Part shown: positions 27,601 through 39,560 of the stretch, piece by piece
How positions within the stretch are numbered: position 1 is the first letter of the stretch
Layout: every line of letters starts with the position of its first letter
Assembly (NCBI GenBank): GCA_040954595.2
Contig: CM082585.2
Span: forward strand, 8,753,649-8,817,648
Reading direction: 5' to 3'
Source: Balanoglossus misakiensis
Lineage: Eukaryota > Animalia > Hemichordata
Length of the DNA stretch: 64,000 nucleotides
Made by a program: the position numbers and the translations under genes
The notes under the pieces: model-generated
Told to the model about the DNA's origin: nothing
The model's input: the letters and a program-made list of their open reading frames with translations, nothing else
Databases searched by the model: none

Positions 27601-30600
27601 GTTTCACGCATCTTTCTTACACTTCATTTTTTGTATTTCCGTCCTCTTGGAACAGACGATCCGGAGAGGAAAAGGAGAAGAGAATGTTTGTCCAACATTC
27701 AGCCGCCGGTCTCCTCCAACGTCCAGACGCGCAGCGTGACCGTGAGGTGGTCGCAGCCGTTCATGGAGAATGCAGACGACGACAGCAGCCAGGACGAACA
27801 ATTTGATCAGCTTCCGTTTACGTACGACCTGCTGCTGTCGGAAAAGGGCAAGGATTCGAAGATTAGGACAATGTACAGGTGAGACTTCGCATTTCTCCGC
27901 CAGTCCAGTTTGTTTCAGACAATCAGAACATGATAACGTCTTCCAAGTATAAAAGGAATAAAAAAGCCTAATCCGACGAGATAGGGATTGCCAACTTGAA
28001 GAATTCTAATCTTATGCTGATTCAATTAGTATTACATGTATAATACCACAACTGAGCTTAAAAGCCATTGACCATGGGAGATTGTTATTTTTGAAGTGTC
28101 AAACTTGGTGTCAATAAATCCCATATGCCAATGCAGAGAGAACCAAGGGAGGAAGTGCTTAAATAGCACTGCACGGATTGGCCCAAGTTTTATTAAAAGG
28201 CCACTTTTCTGAGAAAGATACATGACTGTGTTACGTAACCAGACTTAGCTTTAAACAGAATGTAGACCCCCACATCGTGAGACTATCTACAAACCAAATC
28301 TGTGTGAAATTTCTCCCACTGAGTTTCAAGCCACAGTGATAAAACGCTATGTAGCCTTTAATTAGTATAGGAGATTGTTGTGATCAATGTGTGATGTGTA
28401 TTGTATATTGTAAACATGGCTTAATTTAATTGTCAGACTTATTAAGGCAAGTTTGTCTGCATGGGAATCTTCGTGCATGGGAAGGTCGTACGCCATTTAT
28501 GCAATGACACATGCCTGCTGTAAATGCAATATCACGAGTTGATTTATTAACAGTGGTAGCATGAAAATCTCACCCCTAGCCTCTGTCGCCTCCAACGTTC
28601 ACGTCTACATTGCAAACCTAACCGTTAAATAATATGAGGTGAAAGCCTCACTGGTCGGAATGCGACCCTTATAATTTATGATATAACAGTTGATTTTTTC
28701 CAACCACCATGGCTGTATGGTTTATACATGAGTGATGTGAGCTTTGGAGAAGAATGTCAGAATTCATTTCGAAAGACAGCTGCTAAAAACATAAATCAGG
28801 AGGAAAATAAACTGTGTCTTAGCCTTTCACCCCTCTGTTGCTGTGCGTGGGTTCAACCCCGTCTCAGTGGTGTGGAGGCCATTTTGTGTTGGTGGGGGTG
28901 TTTGACCCAGTCAGTCTGGTCAGCGTTTATGGTGTCGGAGAATGACAACTAAAGTTGACTAAGTGGCAACGATGTAAATTAAATGACCACCTGTTACTCT
29001 TACCAGGGGTGTGTGACTCGACTTTCATTATGTCTGCTGTAACGGTGTTGACGCTGACAAATTTTCGTAACTTTTCCTCCCCCCTCAGTGGTCCTGAAAT
29101 GGAATTTGTGATTGCAGATCTCAAGCCAGCCACTGAGTATCAATTAAGGTGAGTCACAAACTACCTACGACAAGCTACGCATAGAAAGTTGATATAAACA
29201 AGTCTGTTCAGTGTGTGCAGAGATGTTTTCTCGCCTGAGTAGAAGTCAGTAAATTCTCTGAAGAATGTAGAGTCTGAAGAATATATTCTTATTTCCTCGC
29301 TCCTTTCTTTTCCAGTGTATGTGCAATACTGGATGACATCAGTGGGCAGCCTTCCAAAGCCACCACCTTCAAGACTCTCAGCTGTGCGCCAGCCATTCCC
29401 GCTCCCCCCAAACTTGCACAGAGAACCAAAAACAGCATATCAGTCAAATGGAACGCCCCGGCTGACAACGGCTCCCGCATTGTCAGCTACACGCTCGAGT
29501 GTGATTTGGTAAGATATCCAATTTCCCAATTGAGATGTTTGCATGCAAGGGGTATGTGTACGTACGTCAAGTGTTTTGACTGTTTTTATAAATCGTGGTC
29601 AAAACACGACCCGGTGCTGAACCCGAATATTGAAATCAATACCAGTGTCTTCCTTGGCCAAAAGACAAGAATAGTGCAGCACACTTGAGTGCACATGCAC
29701 AGATTATTTCAAGGCAACAGTTGTCTGAATTACCTTGTCGGCTAACTGTTCGATAAGTGATGAGACTGATTATGCACTCAATGTATGTATCAGGGCAAAA
29801 AAAACACATCAATGTGCCCATGTGAGAATGATTTGACCAATTGCATCGCAGCATTGTAACAATCGAGGTGTGTTTCATAACTGGTTGATACAGATCTTTG
29901 TGCAACTTACACGACTCGCTTTGACTCTGCAGGGTGAAAGTGATGAGGAGAGTTTCTCAGAAGTTTACAAAGGTCCACTTAAACAGTACAGAGTGACAAA
30001 ACTCCAGCCATCAATGCCTTATACCTTTCGAGTAGCTGCAACGAATGAAATTGGTACAAGGTAAGAGAGGATCTATAATAAGGTCTTGCTCTATTATTGG
30101 CACAAAACCTGTTTTATTTACAGCATTCATGGTTCATACGATGGGCTAACTCCATGTTACCAGGCAGTAATTTCATTTTGCCTGTGTTTTTTTTTTCTTC
30201 TTCTCCCATCGCAGCGAATTCAGTCCAGAAGCGTGCTACAATACTGCCGGCAGTGTACCCCCACAGCCAGCGCCTCCAAAACTTGTCAAGGCCTCTGTGC
30301 ACTCCTTGATGTTGCAGTGGGAGAAAACTTCGGATGATGTGTTTAGTTTTACGTTAGAGATGGAAGATGAAACAAATGTGAGTGGATTTTTTCTTCAGTG
30401 TAGAGCGTTTCAGATTTTTAAAGAAGTCATGTGATTGGTGGTTTCTAAGAGGCTGTGTGATTGGTGGTTTCAAAGAAGCAATGTGATTGGTGGTTTTAAA
30501 GAAGTGATGTGATTGATGGTATAAACAATCTATATAGTACAGAAATTCTATTGTATAAGGACACACATATTTCGATTATGGATTCATGTGGGCCTCTGTA

Positions 30601-33600
30601 AATTTCTATGAACTCACCAGTTTCATTGGGATTCTTTATTTTGCCTCGCCCTTTCAGAGATATGGCTTTCAACCAGTCTATTGCGGAGAAGAGGTTTCTT
30701 ATACCTGTAACAGCCTTGCCAAGAAGTCATTGTATAAATTTAGGGTAAGTAGGGCTGTGGTGTAATAATCGAACGTGAGATAGATCACATCTTTCACCTC
30801 AAGGATTTAAAACCCGTTCGCCCAACCAACCCCATTACCCTCTGTAGAGGTCCAAATTTCCTATAGAAAACAATGGGTTTGGGTGAAACCATGGTGATGA
30901 AAGGGCTTCAGTAATTTAATAATGATTTCAGTTAACCCTTTCACCACCAAAAGGGTAAGTGTGTTTGGCCAGGTAGAGGGGTGCCCCTTTGAACAGCTGT
31001 TTCCCCGAGAGATCCGTGAGATTTCATTGAATGAACATGACGGACTTCTGGTTTCAGATAAATGCTACCAATGACCAAGGTAGCAGTATGTGGAGCGAGG
31101 TGGAGGTGTTTACAACTCTGGCCGACAAGCCAGGCATGCCATCCAAACCAACCCTGAAAGGAAAAGTACATTCGAATCATTTTAAAATCAATTGGGGTGA
31201 GTTGTTCTCTTTTTCTTCTGTTCGTGGCAGCAGACACAGTTTACTACAGCTACACTGTTTCAAATCTATTTTACAGTCTCATTCTCATTCCAGCTTGTTA
31301 GTAATTTCCTTTTCTTAAATGTCATGATAATTATGTGTAATAAATAAATATTATTTTGTAGTACATTCTACATAGGACCGTGCATGTAGCAAAGTCCTCA
31401 CAGAATAAAAAAAAAATATATATGCACAAAAAGCCATCCATGTCATCATCATTGGGTTCAAATTTTCTTTTCTTGGAAGGATGAGGCATAAAAAACAGGT
31501 TATTGTATCGTATTGCAATTTCAGACCCGCCAAAAGACGTCATTCAAAATACCACAAGAATCGAGTTTCACCAAGTTGCATTCTTTACCCTTCATTGTCT
31601 CATTACCTGTTTCCTTTTCCAGATCCTCCTAAAGATGATGGCGGATCCGAAATAACAGCATATCATCTAGAAATTAACGATGGCAACAGTAAGTTCGTAG
31701 TTGTCAGTGAATCAGAATGTGGTTTTCTAAATTAGCTTTCTGCAGATTCTTTTTTTGATTTCTAGACATGAAAACATAAGACATATAAAATAATCTAATA
31801 TTGATATAATTTTATAAGGTCATAATGTCCAGTAAATAGGCAATGATTGTTTTTCAAGATTGCTTGTTTGGCATTTATACTAAACTGGTTAATAAAACAA
31901 ATGAGAGATGATTCTTTTGGTTTCCTCTATTGATTTTAATGGCCACTTAGTCAAATTGCACCTGGGTATTATGTGACAGTATTACACAATAGGAGAACAG
32001 CCCCTCCCCCCCCCCCCCCCATGGACACCCACAGACACTTATAAATATACCAACCTGTGATAATTTGTTTCTTCTTTCACAGATGGTCCATTTGAGCTTG
32101 TCCACCAAGGTGCTGAAACAGAGTTCATCTGTGATAACTTGCAACCAGGTCACACGTATAAACTCCGAGTGTGTTGTATGAGTGAAGGTGGACAGAGTAG
32201 GGTAAGTAGGCCATGCTGTGTTTGCATGGAAAGATTAAAGCTCCACTATCGGTACCCTTGGTTATTTTTTTGGACTTTTATTCTGTATATCAACCATAAT
32301 CCATCTAAGTAAAAATCCAAATCATTTGTTTCCATGAGCAGTGCTAATAAAAGAATTTCCTGTGGTTTTGTCGTTACAGTTTTCTGACATATCCCAAATT
32401 ACAACGCTACCAGTGGCACCCGGACCCTGCCATCCACCCAGGCTTAACGGAAAACCCAAGGCTTCCTCACTTAACATCCGATGGGCGCCACCGGAATACA
32501 GCGGAGGCTCGCCGGTCTCGGAATATTTACTCGAAATGGACTCTGTAGACGACAACTCGACTAAGGAGGTCTACCGGGGCCTGGACGCCGACTGTGTCGT
32601 TAGTGGGCTGCTTGCTGGGAGGAAATATGCATTTAGGGTTAGGGCTTTTAACAGAGCAGGGGTAAGTACCAGTGGGGGTGTACACAAGGGCTGTGGCTGT
32701 ACACTTGTATGCTTCTAATTGCCATGGACGTAAACCCTGGAGAAGTGTAATTTATAACCTAACAGAAACATTCAAAAAAGAATCTTACATGAGAACAAAA
32801 AGGTGTGAAAATTCAAACTTTAGTTGACTTAGAAAGATTCTCTAATGCAACCAGTCAATGCTTATTAATTTCTCTTCTTCTTTTCCCCTCCCCTTCACTG
32901 CCCCCCCCCCCAACCTCCACCCCTCTTACCAACAGGGGAGTCCGTTTTCAGAGCATTTCTTTGTAACAACGGGAGCAGGGCCACCAGACGCTCCGCTTGA
33001 ACCAAGCTGTACTTGTAAATCGCCACACATAGTGGTCGTGACCTGGCATACACCTTGCGGAAACGGTGCTGAAATTACAGAATATAGGTTAGAATGGGCA
33101 ACTGCTGAAGGTTCATTTACACATGTAAGTGTCACCGTTTGTTGATTGGTCTCTTTGTGCATCGCAGGCAGGAAATAAGACAATTTACTCCCTACAGATA
33201 TTTTGATCCAGTCAAAGAGTGCGGAAAAAACATATAATCATTTCACACTCGTGTTCTGTTTTTCTGCTTTAAGACACGATTTCAATACTTTTCTTGCAGC
33301 ATTATGTCGGGCCGTTGCTTAGCCATGAGGTCAAGGCACTCCAGCCAGCTACCTACTACTACTTCAGAGTACAGGCTGTCAACAGCACCGGTCCGGGACC
33401 CTACAGCGCTGTTGCCACTTGTGTCACTCCCCCCTCATCCCCTGGTGCTGTTACTCATTTAGAACTCTTAGCGAACACTGCCAATTCTCTCGAAGTGCAA
33501 TGGAGGGCGCCCAACAATTATGGCTCGGAAATTACCTCTTACAACATTGATATAGGCGAGAAACAGCCTATGGCGGTTAGTGGGAGTGTGACTGAAAATT

Positions 33601-35233
33601 TGATTGAAGGACTGGTGCCTGATACAAAATACAGGTGAGTTGATTTGTTGTTGTCACTCCCCCGTGTGCAGTAACATTGTTTCTTCCCAGTGTCCAGAGT
33701 CGTTGTAAATGTTTCCTGTCCATAATGGGAAATGATATCATGCATGTGGAAAAAATAAAACTGCCCCCTAAGGAAGAAGTCCAGTGCAAAGCATGACGTG
33801 AATCTGATTGTCGTTTGACAGGATACGAGTCCAAGCAGTGAACAGTATTGGAGTGGGTCACTACAGTGCACCTTTAAAAGTCTCCACATTGCCATTGCCA
33901 CCTGAGCCACCCAGGCTGGAATGCGTTCTGTGTGGTCACCAGAGTCTCAAACTGAAGTGGGGAGAGAATTCCAAATCCGTGGAAGCCAAATTACTCAATT
34001 ACACGTTACAAATGGAGGATAGGAAGGGCAGGTATGTGTGGCTTTGTTGTTCGTGTGGAGTAGGGTAAGCTCACTATTTTCAAACGGAGCAGGGAGGGCT
34101 CACTATTTTCAAATGGAGCAGGGAGGGCTCACTATTTTCAAATGGAGCAGGAGAGGCTCACTATTTTCAACGATACACTAACATTCACTTTGACATCTGC
34201 TCTCCTCACAGGTTTAATACCGTGTACTCAGGGTCAAGTTTAACCCACAAAGTCAGCAAACTTAACGAATTAACAACGTATAGATTTAGAATATTTGCCA
34301 GCAATGATGCCGGCAATGGTCCAATGTCTGAAATATTTAGTTCCACAACTGTGAAGGCACCCCCTCCCGCTTTAAAAGGTAAGCACATAACTCAAACAAA
34401 GTTACTTTTTACAACACTGTACATTGGTTAAATATATGATCAATACCAGACATTTTCTTTGTCAAAGTTATGATGTAACATCATATCTTTTGTGTATTGT
34501 ATGCTTATATGAAGTTGTTCATCTTTGCTACTATCAACAGCACCGAAAACTAAGAACATCTCGCCAGAGAGTTGCGAAATATCTTGGCAGTGCATCGACC
34601 CAATGCAAGGCGATCCCATACTCTATTATCTTCAGTACCAGAGAACAAAGGACAGAGATTTCAAACAGGTGAGAGCAGCTGGAATTGATTCGAGTTGAAA
34701 AGCGGAACTTCTGAGAACCTCCTAAAAGGGTTCACACACTAAATCCAGCTAACTCCTGGAAATATAGAGCTAGTAGGGGGTCATGTATACTACAGTCTCG
34801 CAAAAATTTATCGTTCGCAAAATTTTCCCATTTCACAGTATGTCTTCTGTACTAAAAAACTAGACTTAGTGAAGACCTATATGCGACTACAATTGATGAA
34901 ACAACAATTTGTTTGATCCCACAGGCTTACAGGGGGCCCGGAACGTCCACCAAGTTAGACTTCCTCCAGGCCAACATGGAGTATAGAGTGCGCGTATGTG
35001 CCATCCGCCAGTCGCAGGATGGATCGGGCGACCTGATTGGCGCCTACAGCCCCGCAACAGTATTCCGCACAGTCAGCGACACGCCGATCAGGGAGGCGGT
35101 CGTCAAGGAGGAGAAGATCGTCAAGGCGGAGAGAAAACCGTTGACGGACGAACAGTGGGCGGCGATCATCGTTGTGGGATTCGCCGTCTGCGCCATTCTG
35201 ATTGCCCTCCTGGTAGCCCAGTTCATGGCATGA
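24664..35233 (+). CDS. FNDC3A: Fibronectin type III domain-containing protein 3 (FNDC3A/B-like): Pro-rich N-terminus, tandem FN3 domains, C-terminal tail-anchor helix; about 1231 aa from ATG 24664
   Basis: 19 GT-AG-bounded exons join in frame (3696 nt): 24664-24937, 25997-26380, 27181-27420, 27656-27878, 29089-29148, 29316-29508, 29933-30060, 30215-30377, 30658-30744, 31058-31196, 31623-31688, 32083-32201, 32380-32661, 32936-33124, 33300-33634, 33822-34031, 34212-34378, 34541-34668, 34925-35233. Family motifs: VHVKPGETFSIR..ITGPANVP, DRLQRKLQLRQ, repeated FN3 motifs (W..P..GG..I..Y.L; L.P...Y.FRV.A.N..G), and LTDEQWAAIIVVGFAVCAILIALL at the C-terminus. A versus B paralog assignment is arbitrary for an invertebrate. 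Confidence 0.95.
24965..25385. mobile_element. 413-bp Kolobok-like non-autonomous DNA transposon in an FNDC3 intron
   Basis: TTAA|GGATGTACG ... CGTACATCC|TTAA (TTAA duplication, purine-purine termini); internal 13-bp inverted repeat gggtcaccgcgct (25136-25148)/agcgcggtgaccc (25268-25280). Confidence 0.75.
25382..25450. mobile_element. Family A MITE, truncated, inverted orientation
   Basis: TTAACCCTTCCACCCCCAGTTCCCTCTTTCGAGGTCCAACCTTACCATAGAAAACAACGGGTTTGGACT; nearly the same as 55022-55090. Confidence 0.7.
30416..30520. repeat. Intronic minisatellite, 26-bp unit, about 4 copies
   Basis: Repeats of atgtgattggtggttt(t/c)aaagaag(t/c)N. Confidence 0.85.
30808..30958. mobile_element. Family A MITE, degenerate copy, plus an adjacent internally deleted end-only copy
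   Basis: ccctctgtagaggtccaaatttcctatagaaaacaatgggtttgggtgaaaccatggtgatgaaaggg, then ttaaccctttcaccaccaaaagggtaa at 30932-30958. Confidence 0.65.
34057..34170. repeat. Intronic minisatellite, 29-bp unit, about 4 copies
   Basis: Repeats of gctcactattttcaaa(t/c)ggagcagggagg. Confidence 0.9.
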
Positions 35234-38200
35234 ACCTCTGAGACTCTTGTTACGAGAGACGAAAAAATGTGGATCCTGGTTTGATTTCCTGTGTCTTTTA
35301 CTTTTATTTGACGAGACAAATCTTTCATTGAACGGTGAAACAATAGGTCGGTTTTACAGGTACATGTTTGTGTACTGTACACATGGGTGACCAAACTGTC
35401 TGTACCCATTTCACATCTCTAACAGCGCTAATACAGAAATGATCTGCGGCTTACGACTTGTGTAAGTCTGCGAAACAGTAAACAGTTTCATCGCCGATCC
35501 TGTCAACTTTTTGGATGTAAAGATTGAACAGGAGTTGGTGTATAACCTACAAAAAATCTCGTGTAGATTTCTTCTCATGTAACTTTCATCAAGTAATTTT
35601 TTTTTTTCGTATTTTACTTTTCAGCACATAGCATATGTATTATTGTATATCATTACTGTTACTTCTTAAAGTATATTGGACTGTGTTGTGAATTTACACA
35701 ATGAATTACGACAGCAGTAGCAAGCCCGCCACCCTGTCAGACTTGATTGAGATTTAAGGAGACTAGGAACTTGGGAGAATACTTACAAAATTGAGCATTG
35801 AATTGAAAGAAAGAATTTATATCACAGATATTGTACATAAGTTGCTTCATTGCCATTTAATTCAGTCTAAAGATTTACTGCTGCCTCATTCAGAAACTGA
35901 GCTCATTCCATTCAACTGGAATAACCTTAACCTACAAAATATATTCTATGTGGAGTGCTTCATGTATTTAAAGAAACAGGTTTCCAAACAAACTTACAGT
36001 CAATTATATATCAACCACAGCAAGTAATATATTACCTTCTATATTCTATTTTAATCATGGAGATATTCAAAGAGAGGAAAAAAATAATTAAAAAAATATA
36101 TAAAATACATTTGGGTCCAAATAAGCCATGGCATGAGTTCACATTTGCCAGTATCTCTTCATGCCATGGAAAACAAGTATAGTTTTATGAGTAAATTAGG
36201 AATATACAAGGAAGTTATTCCCGGAGGAAACTCATTTCAAATTCATATTGGCTTTTTTTTCTTGGTATAAATATTATTTTTAATTGTATTGTCAACTCTT
36301 GCTAACTACTTGCACAAATTTTCAGTCTCAGCCGACAACAAAGCTGATTCCCTCAGCTACTGCCATATTTGGAAAACGCTGAATATTCATGATGCCTTAG
36401 CTTGTCGCTGATTGGCTGGTTTCTGTGCATGTGTCCACACTTGACTGGTAGAAAGTGTAAATGTAGCCAATTGTTAACATGGACAATCATCCGACAAATC
36501 ACTGACATTTTAGCACAGGTCAAAGATTACCACAACTTGGTGTCCTGTTTTGATTTATTTACAGGGAAAAGTTAAATCTTATCTGCTTATTTGGATTATT
36601 TAACCCGTTTCTCGTTCTAATATCGTTCGCAGAAGATAAAAAAAGGCAAAACAGGGATACAACCGAGCATTAATGCGTTAATATGAAATATGTAAATTAC
36701 CTAGAAAGACCACCCAGGAAACTGAATATTTACAATATGGCTACCAATCATTATCTGGAGCTAATGGGATACCAAACTGCAAATGTTATCAATATTGTTT
36801 ACAATGTGTAGCATTTAAAGCTTTTTATTGTTATTTTTAAGATATATCTGCCACTACATACACCCTGGAGTTATTCATACAAGGCGTCAGCATGGTCAGT
36901 GAGCTATAAAATGTCCAAGACAATAGCAAATGAATTTAACCTCATTTGTTAACTTTTGCCAAGAAATAGTTATAATACGCCTCTCTCTTTTTTGCCACTA
37001 TTTGTGATATACACACCAGTTTGATTCTAACAGCGTGACATAACTCTTGTAAAGTTTTCATCAGCTAATTTGATGCGAATCAATGAGAGTATGTCAGATG
37101 AAGCTTTTAGCGATATCCAATGCTGCCATAGTCATCTTGTGGGTAGCAAGGCTCCCCCGTTTGAAAGTGGAGTCGACCCATTCTGCCATAAATAGCTACT
37201 CGGGTTCATCCAAAGACTTGAACCATGTTGGGTTGAAACCCTGTCACAGATCATGCAGACTGCCTTCATTTGTATTCATTTACGTATTGTATTTACCGTT
37301 TCATTTTAAAGTAAGCCCCACTCACTTGTCGGACATTCGGACATAGAATGGTCGCTGTTTGCCAGGAAATCAGAATTGTCTGGAGAGCAAACAAGCGACC
37401 CTCGTGCGCCAAAAACAGACTTGAGTCAGTGATATTGGAAGGGCTAACTTGTAACTCATGAAGTCATCATTTTTATTAGAATTCTAGACTGCCTTACAGA
37501 ATTGAAGATTCAATACAGGAATTCTAGGAAAGCTTATTTTATGTAATCATAATGCTTCCCGAAGACGACACTTTCACCACTACGTGGCACTGCACAGTGT
37601 AATCTCACCGTTAGCTTATCTAGCTTTAAAAACAAACTCACAATATTTACAAATCTCTCTTCTCTGTCCCTATAGGGCGAGATACACACTGGGTGGAAAC
37701 CCCTTCAAAAATGGGCAACTGTCAGTTCTCGTGCATAGGTCATATTAAGTGACTGGAGTATATCCACCTAAAACATACTGGCATGCTTTTTGAGTGCAAC
37801 TAGGATTCTGAACCCTGTTGAAGGTGTGTGACTTCAACAAAAAATATTTAACTTGAAAGTCCTTTTCAGGTAAACCTTGCTGCCACGAATAGTTGATTTA
37901 TATCATGGATATCTTTTCACACCATGATCACTCTCAGAAAATAGAAATTAATTTTCGATGGGGACTTCGGTTATTTTTTCTTGGATCAGCCCAGCCATAT
38001 CCACTCTCTTGAAATAGTCTATCCTATGCCAAGACGCAAGACTGTTCTAAATTTGACCTTTTTTGAGGGGATTTACTATTCGGTGTGCTTTTACTTTGAT
38101 GAGAAAACTTGAACAAATTTGAAGAGGAGTGTGGGAGCTACGTTAAAAATTTACTTGTGTGGTTCTCTGCCACTGATGCTAGTATTGACTTCTACCTGTA

Positions 38201-39560
38201 GAAAATTGTATAAAAGATCCAGCCACAGTTTGTGATGCTGCATTGCAACTGTGATGAAACCAATTGTAAAATGAATAATCTCTTAAACCCTAATGCTTGA
38301 TAAGGTCGGTTGGGTTTTATTTTTTTGTCTTTGTTTAATGGTAGCTTGCCAGTCCCACCAATCCGGTGAGTTTGGGGTTGGTGCCGGACGTCAGTTGTCA
38401 GAATTTTGATGGTCAGACACTGGTGGACCCTTTGAACTCTGACCTCCTGGTGACCTGTGGTGTCATGCGGAAGTTTCTTTCGGGGCCAGGGTTCAGAGGG
38501 TGAACAAAGCAAGCCGTGTGGGCTATATGACAGGTTGGCTGAGTTGTGTGAACCCGGTCTGTCAATGAAGGGTACAAAAAAAAAAAAAAATTAAAAGTAC
38601 AATGTATATGTACTTTTGTTTTTAGATCGAGCAGGAAAGGAGCTATTTTAGATATTCATGAAAATGGCAAAAAAATATTTAAAAATCATTGGGATGTGTG
38701 CTTTGGTGTGAGTGCAGGACAAACTGTTTAAAAGGGTAACGCAAGGTACCAGTCAACCTGTCTGTAGCCACAGTGGTAATTGGTATGCTCACCATATTTT
38801 TAGAGATAGTTTTTAGTTATTTTCTTGTGTATCATCAATTTGACCACACGTACACTTAAAAAAAAAAACCATGAAAATACGAAAAAAATATGTAACCCAT
38901 TTCCAAGGTCATTTCATTTGTGAGGTATATATAAATATATCAACCTGTACCTTTCAAGAGAATCTAGTTATATTGATTTTAATAGCTGTCATGTCCATTG
39001 TGTGGATTGTGCACCATTGAAAAAAAAACTCAAAAAATTTCCACACACACACACATACACACTCACAAATCACTCAACTCAAATTTCAAGAGAACCTTTC
39101 ACTGTCTTCTTTACGTATATTGAAATAATTCATTAGAAATGTCAGCACTTCTGTCTAAATTTGGGAGAATGTACTAAAATCCGGAAGCTCCTTATATCCT
39201 GTGTTTTTGGCAGATGCTTTTAAAACAAAAAACGAAAAAAAAATCAAATGTACTATGTATAAAACTGCATGTTTTAGGTCTTTGCATCTTGTTCTTTAAG
39301 TGTCAACTAAAAATTTTGCCAAGAGTATGAAAAAAATTAATAAAAATGGCTAGAAAGATATCACTTGTCTTATTCTAAAGAGTGGATGGTAAAACGTGTC
39401 GTGTCTCTGTATAAAAAAATATATATAAATTGAAACTGGCGCGTATTGCTACTTAACTGTTGGTACCCCTTTTTCAAGTCTTTAAAAGAAAGAAATCTTG
39501 CTAACTGAATATAAAGCAAAATGTGGCTGTGTGTCAAATAAAATCAATTTAAAATGTTAG
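35234..39560 (+). other. Putative long (about 4.3 kb) 3'UTR of FNDC3
   Basis: AT-rich stretch after the stop with no further exons; AATAAA at 39537-39542 followed by a T/GT-rich tract near 39570-39585. The end point is inferred. Confidence 0.55.

Noticed and set aside
28850-28862. B-box-like gggttcaacccc (also ggttcgatc near 57592) as tRNA genes
   Set aside because: No matching A box or cloverleaf.
30416-34170. 26-bp and 29-bp repeats as CRISPR-like arrays
   Set aside because: Units are directly adjacent with no unique spacers, sit in spliceosomal introns, and no cas genes are present; ordinary minisatellites.
35231-35240. Stop-codon readthrough or selenocysteine at the FNDC3 TGA
   Set aside because: Context TGA ACC is not the TGA CTA(G) readthrough motif, the protein ends where the family's tail anchor ends, and the 38.4 kb structure lacks a SECIS core.
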